Assembly (NCBI GenBank): GCA_963750215.1
Contig: CAVVQK010000004.1
Coordinates: 368,865-432,864 of the forward strand
DNA: 64,000 bases
Direction of reading: 5' to 3'
Source: an uncultured beta proteobacterium
Lineage (GTDB): Bacteria > Pseudomonadota > Gammaproteobacteria > Burkholderiales > Casimicrobiaceae
Shown: positions 57,090 to 64,000 of the stretch, piece by piece
How the letters are laid out: each line of letters starts with the position of its first letter
How positions within the stretch are numbered: position 1 is the first letter of the stretch
Translations under genes and position numbers: made by a program
The notes under the pieces: generated by a model
Databases searched by the model: none
Told to the model about the DNA's origin: nothing
Seen by the model: the letters and a program-made list of their open reading frames with translations, nothing else

Positions 57090-57899
57090 TCATGCGCACC
57101 GGCCCTCCACATGGTCCAGCACGACCTCGAGCATCGCGCGCAACGCCGGCTGCACAGTGGCCGCGCGGGCCGCATCGTAGCGGAACGGCGGCACCTCCTC
57201 CATGTAGACGCGCAAGGCCATTTCCAGTTGAACGGCGTGGATGCGTTCTGCCGGCCGGCCGTATTGCCGCGTGATGTAGCCGCCCTTGAAACGGCCGTTG
57301 AGCACCGAACTGAAGCCGGATGTGCGTTGCACCAGCGCATACACCGCCTCGGCAAGGGCAGGTGACGTGCTGGTGCCGTCGGCGGTTCCCAGGTTGAGGT
57401 CCGGCAGCCGGCCGGCGAAAAAACGCGGCACCACGGAGCGAATGGAGTGCGCGTCCCACAGCGCGACTGCCCCGTGTCGCTGGCGCAACCGCAACAGCTC
57501 GGCCTGCAACGCCTGGTGATAGGGGCGCCAATACGTTTCGCGCCGCTCGAGCACCTCGCGCTGCGCCGGAACCTGGCCGTCGCGGTAGAGCGGAACCTCG
57601 TCAAAGGTGTCAATGGGGCACAAGCCGGTGGTGTTCTGGCCCGGGTAGAGGTTCTCGTTGTCAGGCGGACGGTTGAGATCCACTACATAGCGCGAGTGAG
57701 TCGCGGCGATGACCGACGCTCCCAGGGTTCCGGCGAATTCGTACAGCGCTTCCAGGTGCCAGTCGGTATCTGGCACCGTCAGGGCGTCCGCCGTCATCCG
57801 CTCCTGCAGCGCGGGCGGAATGTAGGTGCCAACATGTGGCATCGAGATGAGCAGTGGGCGATTGCCCGCGCACAGTTTGAATAGCGGCGGAGTAGTCAT
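57090..57899 (-). CDS. N-formylglutamate amidohydrolase family (FGase, PF05013-type) protein
   Basis: ATG at 57899. Sequence: LLISMPHVGTYIP...VPDTDWH...SRYVVDLNRP...ALWDAHS...YGRPAERIHAVQLEM. Confidence 0.85.
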   Translation of the reverse strand: MTTPPLFKLCAGNRPLLISMPHVGTYIPPALQERMTADALTVPDTDWHLEALYEFAGTLGASVIAATHSRYVVDLNRPPDNENLYPGQNTTGLCPIDTFDEVPLYRDGQVPAQREVLERRETYWRPYHQALQAELLRLRQRHGAVALWDAHSIRSVVPRFFAGRLPDLNLGTADGTSTSPALAEAVYALVQRTSGFSSVLNGRFKGGYITRQYGRPAERIHAVQLEMALRVYMEEVPPFRYDAARAATVQPALRAMLEVVLDHVEGRCA

Positions 57900-58004
57900 A
57901 CACAATGCTGAAAGGGTAAGTGTTTAAGCCGCGCGCAGGCGCGGCGGTTGGCCAGTGCCCCCGACGGCGGGCGAGACGGATATGCTGATCGCCGACTCCC
58001 GCGC

Positions 58005-58817
58005 TTATGCCGGCACGCGGCGCAACGCGGCCGCCGACAGCAGGACCGTGATTGCCCCCGCAATGAGCACGGAGCTGACCGCAGTGATCGTTGGATCAAT
58101 CTGCATGATCACGCTTGCCCAGATACGGACCGGGAGCGTCATTGTGGTCGGGTCCGCCAATAGCAGCGGAACGAGAAGCTCGTCGAACGACGCAAGAAAT
58201 GCAAACAGCGCGCTCGAAATCACGCCCGGGCTGATGATCGGCAGCGTCACCCGGAAAAAAGCCTGGATCGGGGAGGCGCCGAGAATGATGGCCGCCTGCT
58301 CGAGGCGCTGATCAAATCCCTGCAACGTCGCCGATACGATGATCACGACAAGAGGCAGGGTCAGTACCGCCTGGCCGAGCGCCATGGCCACCGGGCTGCC
58401 GATCATGTGCAGGCGAGAGAAGAGAAAGAAAACTGCAATCGCAATGATTATGCCGGGCACGATGAGAGGAGCAAGAATGATCACGTACACCGCCGTCTTG
58501 CCGGGAAAGTTCCCGCGCACGAGAACAATCGCAGCGAGCACGCCAAGCACCAGGGAAAGTCCGGTACACATCAGGGAAACCCGGAAGCTCAGCCAGAGAG
58601 AGGTCATCCATCGTGGATCGTGCATGAACGCTGCGTACCACTGCAGTGAAAACCCCGGTGGCGGGAACTGCAGATAGCGCGCCGAACTGAACGAGAGCAG
58701 GACGATGAGCGCTATCGGGGCCAGAACGAAGACCAGAACCAGGGCGGTGGCGCAGGCAAGCGGCCAGCGTTTCCACGCTGCCTGTCCGACCTCCTCGGAT
58801 TCGGCGACGGCAGCCAT
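58005..58817 (-). CDS. ABC transporter permease (PotC-like)
   Basis: ATG at 58817 overlaps the upstream stop (ATGA). The protein has 6 TM segments and an EAA-type loop (LEQAAIILGASPIQAFFRVTLP). The listed 365-aa ORF start lies inside the previous gene. Confidence 0.88.
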   Translation of the reverse strand: MAAVAESEEVGQAAWKRWPLACATALVLVFVLAPIALIVLLSFSSARYLQFPPPGFSLQWYAAFMHDPRWMTSLWLSFRVSLMCTGLSLVLGVLAAIVLVRGNFPGKTAVYVIILAPLIVPGIIIAIAVFFLFSRLHMIGSPVAMALGQAVLTLPLVVIIVSATLQGFDQRLEQAAIILGASPIQAFFRVTLPIISPGVISSALFAFLASFDELLVPLLLADPTTMTLPVRIWASVIMQIDPTITAVSSVLIAGAITVLLSAAALRRVPA

Positions 58818-59698
58818 CACACTTTGCTCTCGAGCAGCGTTTTCAGACCGACCACCCGGTCGTAGAGAATGAAGCCGGCCGTGGTCAGGAGAAGCAGGAT
58901 AATCGCCAGCGCCGATGCAAACCCCCAGTCGACGCCGAGCTCGACCTGCTCCTCGATCACCATTGCGATCATCTGATCGCGCGGGCCGCCCAACAGCCGC
59001 GGGGTGATGAAATAACCGACGGCAAGAATGAATACCAGAAGCGCGCCGCCCACGACGCCGGGCAGACTCATCGGCAGGAATACGTGCCAGAATGCCTTCC
59101 AATCGCTGGCGCCCAGGTTGCGGGCCGCGCGCAGATAGCTGCGGTCAATTCCCTGCATCACGCTGTAGAGCGTCAGGACCATGTAGGGAAGCAGCGCGTA
59201 CACCATCCCGATCAGCACCCCGTAGCGATTAAAGAGCAGGTTCGCTTCACCGATGCCGGCAAGGCGGAGCATCTGATTGAGTGCTCCTTCCGGACCCAGA
59301 ATAATCATCCAGGCGTAGGTGCGCACCAGGATGTTGGTGAATAGGGAAAGGAGAACGCACGCCATGATGACATGGGCAACGCGCTTGCTGGCATGAGCAA
59401 GAAAGTAGGCGACCGGATAGCCCAGAATCAACGCGACAACCGTAACGGTTAGGGCGATCTCGAAGGTGATCTCGAAGACGCGAAGATAGACCGGGTGGGC
59501 GACGACCTGCCCATAGTTGACCAGGGAGACTCCGCCGCCAGCCGCGAAACTGCGCCACACGATATCGCCCATCGGGTAGGCGAACAGGGCGGCCAGGAAC
59601 AGGAGGGCTGGAATGAGCAGATATTCCCTGCGAATGCGCCGATACCGGCCCGGCAACGGCTTGGGCGACCCTCCCGCACGGCGAGCGCGCGACATCAT
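58817..59698 (-). CDS. ABC transporter permease (PotB-like)
   Basis: ATG at 59698 lies 1 nt after the ATPase stop. EAA loop: YLRAARNLGASDWKAFWHVFLP. Confidence 0.88.
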   Translation of the reverse strand: MMSRARRAGGSPKPLPGRYRRIRREYLLIPALLFLAALFAYPMGDIVWRSFAAGGGVSLVNYGQVVAHPVYLRVFEITFEIALTVTVVALILGYPVAYFLAHASKRVAHVIMACVLLSLFTNILVRTYAWMIILGPEGALNQMLRLAGIGEANLLFNRYGVLIGMVYALLPYMVLTLYSVMQGIDRSYLRAARNLGASDWKAFWHVFLPMSLPGVVGGALLVFILAVGYFITPRLLGGPRDQMIAMVIEEQVELGVDWGFASALAIILLLLTTAGFILYDRVVGLKTLLESKV

Positions 59699-59699
59699 C

Positions 59700-60860
59700 C
59701 TAGGATTGCGTTCTTCCCTTGCCGTCGGCAGGCTCGGGTTTTGCCTCGTGTTGCAGGACCGCGGTGTGCGCCGGCTTCCATATGACATGCACGTCGTCAC
59801 CCACCCGCGCGCCCGATTCGGGATCGGGGTGTTGCGCCTTGACGGTGAGCGTCATGTCGTCAAGCACGATTTTGTACTTCGTCGCGTCGCCTGCGAAGAT
59901 GACCTGGGCAACCCGCCCTTTCCAATTGTTATAGTCCGGGTCTACGTCCGTCCCGGTTACCACCGCGAGGCGCTCGGGGCGGATGGACACGACGACCTCC
60001 TTCCCGCACTCGACCGCGCGGTGCCCTACGGCACGAAATACCTGCCCGCTTCGATGCCGCACGCTGATCATCCCGCTGGCATCGACGGCCGACACCATTC
60101 CAGACACGAAATTTGCTTCCCCGATGAAGTCAGCGACGAAGGCGTTTGCGGGCTCGTCGTAGAGTGCCGTTGGCGTTCCGACCTGCTGGATGCAGCCTTC
60201 GTGCATCACGACGATCCGATCCGACATCGTGAGCGCTTCCTCCTGGTCGTGCGTCACGTAGATGACCGTCATATTGAGCTGCTGCTGGATGCGCTTTATC
60301 TCGGCCTGCATATGGTCGCGGAGCTTCTTGTCCAGCGATCCCAGCGGCTCATCCATGAGCAGCACGCGTGGTTCGAAGACAATGGCGCGAGCCAGGGCAA
60401 TGCGTTGTTGCTGGCCGCCCGACAGCTGCCGGGGAGACCGTTGTTCGTATCCCGGCAACTTGACCATCTCGAGCGCCGCGGCCACCTTTCGCCCGATCTC
60501 GTGCCGCGGCCACCGGCGCATTTTCAAAGGGAAAGCTATGTTCTCGGCAATGGTCATATGCGGAAAGAGCGCATAGCTTTGAAACACCATGCCGAGCTCC
60601 CGACTTTCCGGCGGGATACGGGCGACCGGCCGGCCATCGATGTAGATCTCGCCTTCGGAGGGCACCACAAAGCCGGCGATCATCATCAACGTTGTCGACT
60701 TGCCCGAGCCGCTGGGGCCCAACAACGTGATGAATTCGCCCGGATTCACCGAAAGGGTGACATCGCGAACGGCAACCGTGTCGCCATAGGCCTTGCGCAA
60801 ACCCTGAAGACGAACCGGCGCACCGCCCTTTGTCACGCTCTCGCGTGACGACCTAGCCAT
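59700..60860 (-). CDS. ABC transporter ATP-binding protein (PotA-like, with a C-terminal TOBE-type domain)
   Basis: Walker A (LLGPSGSGKST), signature (LSGGQQQRIALARA) and Walker B (LLMDEPLGSLD) motifs are present. Confidence 0.92.
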   Translation of the reverse strand: MARSSRESVTKGGAPVRLQGLRKAYGDTVAVRDVTLSVNPGEFITLLGPSGSGKSTTLMMIAGFVVPSEGEIYIDGRPVARIPPESRELGMVFQSYALFPHMTIAENIAFPLKMRRWPRHEIGRKVAAALEMVKLPGYEQRSPRQLSGGQQQRIALARAIVFEPRVLLMDEPLGSLDKKLRDHMQAEIKRIQQQLNMTVIYVTHDQEEALTMSDRIVVMHEGCIQQVGTPTALYDEPANAFVADFIGEANFVSGMVSAVDASGMISVRHRSGQVFRAVGHRAVECGKEVVVSIRPERLAVVTGTDVDPDYNNWKGRVAQVIFAGDATKYKIVLDDMTLTVKAQHPDPESGARVGDDVHVIWKPAHTAVLQHEAKPEPADGKGRTQS

Positions 60861-60902
60861 TGGTCATCCCCAGCTACGTCACCGCCCGAGGATTGATGCG
60901 TC

Positions 60903-62033
60903 CTATTCGCCCAACACGAATGCTTGCCATTTGCTGACGATCTCCGCACGATTGGCGACCCACCAGCGCGCATCGGTCGCATAGGAGATCTTCAGATGTT
61001 CGGGCGACGTGGGCAGCCGGTTGGCCGTCTGGGCGTCCAAGAAATCGAACGCTTTCCTGTTCACGGGGCCGTAACCGGAAAGACGCGCGACCTCGGCTTG
61101 CGGCTTCGGCTGCATGGCGAAGTCGATATACTGGTACGCGTTCTGCAGATTGGGCGCGCCCTTGAGAACGCACAGTGTCTGCAGTTGCCGGGCCGATTGG
61201 TTCCATTCGATCGCCACCGGCGCCTTTTCATCGACAAGGGGCAGAATGCGGCCACTCCAGACGCTGCCCATCACGGCTTGCTTGCTTGCGAGCATCTGCG
61301 CGCACACGGCGCCGGAGTCCCACCATTTCGCGATGTTGGGCCGTATCTCGCGCAGCTTGTTGAAGGCCCGGGGCACGTCAAGCGGGTAGAGTTTGTCCAT
61401 CGCCACGCCGTCGGCCAGCAAGGCGAATTCGAGGTTGGGAAATTCAGCGCTCATGTCCTCCAGTATCCGCGCTCCCGGGAAGGCCTTTACGTTCCAGAAA
61501 TCGGCCCACGTATGGGGGTGCGCGGACGGAAAGGCCTCGGTGCTGTAGCCCATGACCGTCGCGTAGGTGTTCTCGCCCACGTAATAGTCCGTAACCGGGC
61601 CGATATCGGCCAGGTTGGTCCGGGTGAACTTGGACCGGTCGATTTTTTCCAGCGCTCCCCGCTGCTCGAAGGTAACGGTCGTGAATTCTCCGAGATCGGC
61701 CACATCGACCTGAATGTTGCCGGACTCGACCATTGCCACCAGTTTGGTAACGTTGGTAGGAAACGAAACGACCTCGATACCGGTCTCTGCGGTGAACGGT
61801 TCGAAGATGGCCTTGCGCAATGCGTCTTCGTAGGCGCCTCCGCCATTGCGAACGACCACTTTCCCGGCCGACCCTGCGCGAGCTGCCTGCGCTTGTGCCG
61901 GCGAACTGCGTCCGATCAGGGGCAACACCCCCAGAGCGGCTACCCCCGTACCCAGCCCGATTGCGCCGCGCAACAGATCCCTGCGGGAAAACTTGCGCTT
62001 GCCGCCACACCGACTGTTGTTGTCTTGAGTCAT
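60903..62033 (-). CDS. ABC transporter periplasmic substrate-binding protein (PotD/PotF-type) with a twin-arginine-like signal
   Basis: ATG at 62033 follows AGGAGG. Signal: KFSRRDLLRGAIGLGTGVAALGVLPLIGRSSPAQAQA. The listed 504-aa ORF start is an upstream extension. Confidence 0.88.
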   Translation of the reverse strand: MTQDNNSRCGGKRKFSRRDLLRGAIGLGTGVAALGVLPLIGRSSPAQAQAARAGSAGKVVVRNGGGAYEDALRKAIFEPFTAETGIEVVSFPTNVTKLVAMVESGNIQVDVADLGEFTTVTFEQRGALEKIDRSKFTRTNLADIGPVTDYYVGENTYATVMGYSTEAFPSAHPHTWADFWNVKAFPGARILEDMSAEFPNLEFALLADGVAMDKLYPLDVPRAFNKLREIRPNIAKWWDSGAVCAQMLASKQAVMGSVWSGRILPLVDEKAPVAIEWNQSARQLQTLCVLKGAPNLQNAYQYIDFAMQPKPQAEVARLSGYGPVNRKAFDFLDAQTANRLPTSPEHLKISYATDARWWVANRAEIVSKWQAFVLGE

Positions 62034-62163
62034 GATGCACCTCCTAGGATTTGCATGACAAAACGCATCTTCCTGTCGTGTACCGACGCCACGAGCCAGG
62101 ATCGAGGCTAACGTCGACCGGATCGGATCGTTGCTGCGGGCCTCCTTTACCTGTCGCCACTCA

Positions 62164-63081
62164 TCACGGCCCGGACGCGACCACCGGTCGCGCTTTGCCG
62201 TCGGCGCCGATATGGGCGAGGACGGCTTCGCAGGTGACGACGTGACGGGACAGTGCCAGGCTCTCGGGCGGCAGTCCCAGGGCGAGCCCGACCAGCTGCG
62301 AGACGTGGAGGATGGGAACCTGGTAGTTGCTCTTGAGCTCGCGCTCGATGCTCGGCTGGTAGGCGTCGAATACCGTGTGACACAGAGGACATGGGGTGAC
62401 GATGCACTGGGCGCCATTGCTCTTGGCGCTGGTCAGGTGCGAGCCGCTCATCCGCAGCGCGATCTTCTCCTCGACCCCCACCACGTGAAAGCCGCAGCAC
62501 TTGTTCGCCCCCTCGTAGGGCACGACCTCGGCGCCGAGCAGCCGGCACAGCCGATCGAGCGCCGGCGTCTCGCTCCCCGGGCCCGCGGCGTAGACCGTCG
62601 CCGGGCGCTGGATGTGGCAGCCATAGAACGGCGCCACCCGCAGACCGCGCAACGGCCGCACCATCCGCTCCCGCAGCTTCTGCTCCCCCACGTCCTCGGT
62701 GAGCACCCACAGAAAGTGCTTGACCTCGCTCTTGCCTTCGAACTTGAGCCCCTCCTCGGCCAGGGCAGCGTTCACCGCCTCGCGCGCTTGCGCGTCGGCC
62801 TTCAGCCGCTGGTTGGTTTCCATCAGGTTCAAAAGACAGGTGTCGCACACCGCCACCAGGTCGCTGCCCTGGCGCTCGGCCAGGGCCAGGATGCGGCCGT
62901 TCGCCGTCAGGTGCAGCTGCTCGCTGATCGCCCGGAACTCCCGCGCCCCGGTGCAGCCCGGATTCTCAAGCTCCACCAATTCAATGCCCAGCATGGCCGC
63001 CACCGCGTGCGTGCTCAGGTCGAGCTCGCCGCAGGTCCCTTTGGCCGAGCATCCCGGAAAATAGGCGTAGCGGCGTTTCAT
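62164..63081 (-). CDS. HdrB-like / SdhE-type protein with two CCG (cysteine-rich) domains
   Basis: ATG at 63081 overlaps the upstream stop (ATGA). Sequence: YAYFPGCSAKG...VAVCDTCLLNL... and FYGCHIQRP...NKCCGF...VTPCPLCH, the duplicated CCG-domain pattern. Confidence 0.85.
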   Translation of the reverse strand: MKRRYAYFPGCSAKGTCGELDLSTHAVAAMLGIELVELENPGCTGAREFRAISEQLHLTANGRILALAERQGSDLVAVCDTCLLNLMETNQRLKADAQAREAVNAALAEEGLKFEGKSEVKHFLWVLTEDVGEQKLRERMVRPLRGLRVAPFYGCHIQRPATVYAAGPGSETPALDRLCRLLGAEVVPYEGANKCCGFHVVGVEEKIALRMSGSHLTSAKSNGAQCIVTPCPLCHTVFDAYQPSIERELKSNYQVPILHVSQLVGLALGLPPESLALSRHVVTCEAVLAHIGADGKARPVVASGP

Positions 63082-64000
63082 TTGCTTTCCTCGCTCGACT
63101 CGTAGGTCTTGCCGATGACCTTCGCACCCGGCGCCGGCCGCTGCAGCAAGGCCTTGCCCAAATCGACCTTGCCCCGCGGCACCAGCCGCAGCGCCAGCCG
63201 CAGCGCATTCAGGCTCAGGCCCTTGGTCTTGAGCGCCAGCCGCGTCGGGTTAAGATAACCGCGCGTCTTGACCACGTCCAGGAACGCCCGCGCGTGCCGC
63301 GCCCCCGCCGTCGCCCCGGCCTTGTACACCAGGCGCTTGAGCGGCTCGATCGCCTCGCCGACGATCGGGATCTCCACCGGACACACCCGTTCGCACTCGT
63401 AGCAGGACACGCAGTGGAAGACGTGCGCCACCTCGCCGGCCAGCCGCGCCCGGTCGCCTGCGTCGCGCGGGTCCTGGGCCAGCTCGCTCAAGGCCACCAG
63501 CAGGGCCGGACCGGCAAACTCGCTGTCCGGCTGCTTGAGCACCGGGCACACCGACTGACATGCCAGGCATTGGATGCAGTCGCGCAGATGCGCCGTCGGC
63601 GCCAGTTGCAGCGCCGTCAGCGGTTCCGGAAAGCCCGGGTACTCCTCTTTGCGCACCAGCATCGGCGAGAGCCGGGCCAGCTGCGCCTCGAACCCATCGC
63701 GCGAGGTCACCAGGTCGCGAATGACCGGCATATTGCTCAGCGGCTCGATGGTCATCTCCAGCTCCGCCTCCTCCCAGCAGGCAAGCTTCGGCGAGCCGTT
63801 GACGTTCACCGCGCAGGTGCCGCATTTCTTCGAGCCACACAGCCAGCGGTAACCAAAATCCACCGCCTTGTTCTCGTGCACGTAATCGAGCACGTCCATG
63901 ATGCGCATGCGCGGCGTATGCGGCACCTCGTAGGCTTCGTAGCGCGGCACACTGTCGACCGCCGGATCGAAGCGGTAGAGACGAAGGCGAACCTTCCCCG
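63078..64000 (-). CDS. Succinate dehydrogenase/fumarate reductase-type iron-sulfur subunit (SdhB-like; 5' end outside the window)
   Basis: The frame stays open to the window edge (..GKVRLRLYRFDPAVDSVPRYEAYEV..), so the listed M at 63950 is an internal GTG. A 2Fe-2S block (CGSKKCGTCAVNVNGSPKLAC) and two 4Fe-4S-type blocks (CIQCLACQSVCP, CVSCYECERVCP) are present, followed by an unusually long C-terminal tail. Confidence 0.85.
   Translation of the reverse strand, partial: GKVRLRLYRFDPAVDSVPRYEAYEVPHTPRMRIMDVLDYVHENKAVDFGYRWLCGSKKCGTCAVNVNGSPKLACWEEAELEMTIEPLSNMPVIRDLVTSRDGFEAQLARLSPMLVRKEEYPGFPEPLTALQLAPTAHLRDCIQCLACQSVCPVLKQPDSEFAGPALLVALSELAQDPRDAGDRARLAGEVAHVFHCVSCYECERVCPVEIPIVGEAIEPLKRLVYKAGATAGARHARAFLDVVKTRGYLNPTRLALKTKGLSLNALRLALRLVPRGKVDLGKALLQRPAPGAKVIGKTYESSEESK

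Noticed and set aside
57928-57945. A 7-bp GC stem with a 4-nt loop (GCCGCGC GCAG GCGCGGC) between the PotC-like permease and the FGase-family gene, considered as a terminator or attenuator. Similar GC hairpins lie at about 19598-19616 before glgB and at 3183-3199 before the crystallin-repeat gene.
   Set aside because: No U-tract follows on the transcribed strand. Short perfect GC stems are expected by chance in DNA of this composition, and I could not see conservation or alternative structures.
1-64000. A search by eye of all intergenic regions longer than 70 bp for CRISPR-like regularly spaced repeats, rRNA or tRNA genes, known riboswitch cores and tandem repeats.
   Set aside because: I found nothing beyond the short repeats and palindromes already listed. 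A proper scan (tRNAscan-SE, Infernal/Rfam, a CRISPR finder, a tandem repeat finder) is still needed, because manual inspection cannot exclude small or degenerate elements.

Overview
This is a visibly high-G+C bacterial chromosomal segment whose gene content looks proteobacterial. I can support about 45 protein genes. I found no rRNA, tRNA or CRISPR array. Long antisense shadow ORFs are everywhere, as expected at this G+C, and I ignored them wherever the opposite strand carries a recognisable conserved protein.

The window is dominated by glucan metabolism.

(1) 1.8-18.4 kb. The osmoregulated periplasmic glucan synthesis genes opgG-opgH are preceded by an acyltransferase-3 membrane protein and a secreted triple beta/gamma-crystallin-repeat protein. 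They are followed by a tightly coupled locus: a GH144-like glucanase, a lipoprotein sugar-binding protein, two permeases, a 1068-aa secreted multidomain orphan and a GH1 beta-glucosidase. I read this locus as beta-1,2-glucan breakdown and uptake.

(2) 19.6-39.3 kb. This is an alpha-glucan/trehalose supercluster with the order glgB, glgE, treS-maltokinase fusion, small membrane protein, glgX, treZ, and one uninterrupted malQ-treY fusion ORF. It lies convergent to glgP, which sits 22 nt behind a secreted S8 protease gene.

(3) 41-49 kb. Housekeeping genes here are an amino-acid racemase, a 5'-3' exonuclease, AMP nucleosidase, and a Tat metallophosphoesterase with a cupredoxin. The stretch also holds a His-rich mini-lipoprotein too short for the ORF track, and a decayed/orphan patch with opposing gene remnants and two unrecognisable small proteins.

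(4) 49.5-52.7 kb. Sulfite dehydrogenase sorAB is followed by an IS110-family insertion. Its 5' leader can fold, and it carries a 9-nt match to a site just past the transposase stop, which makes a bridge-RNA-type guide possible.

(5) 52.8-64 kb. This is a single minus-strand block: maeB, ghrA-like dehydrogenase, crotonase, N-formylglutamate-amidohydrolase-family enzyme, PotABCD-type ABC importer, HdrB-like CCG protein and an SdhB-like Fe-S protein that runs off the window.

All family calls come from motif recognition by eye. No database search was run.
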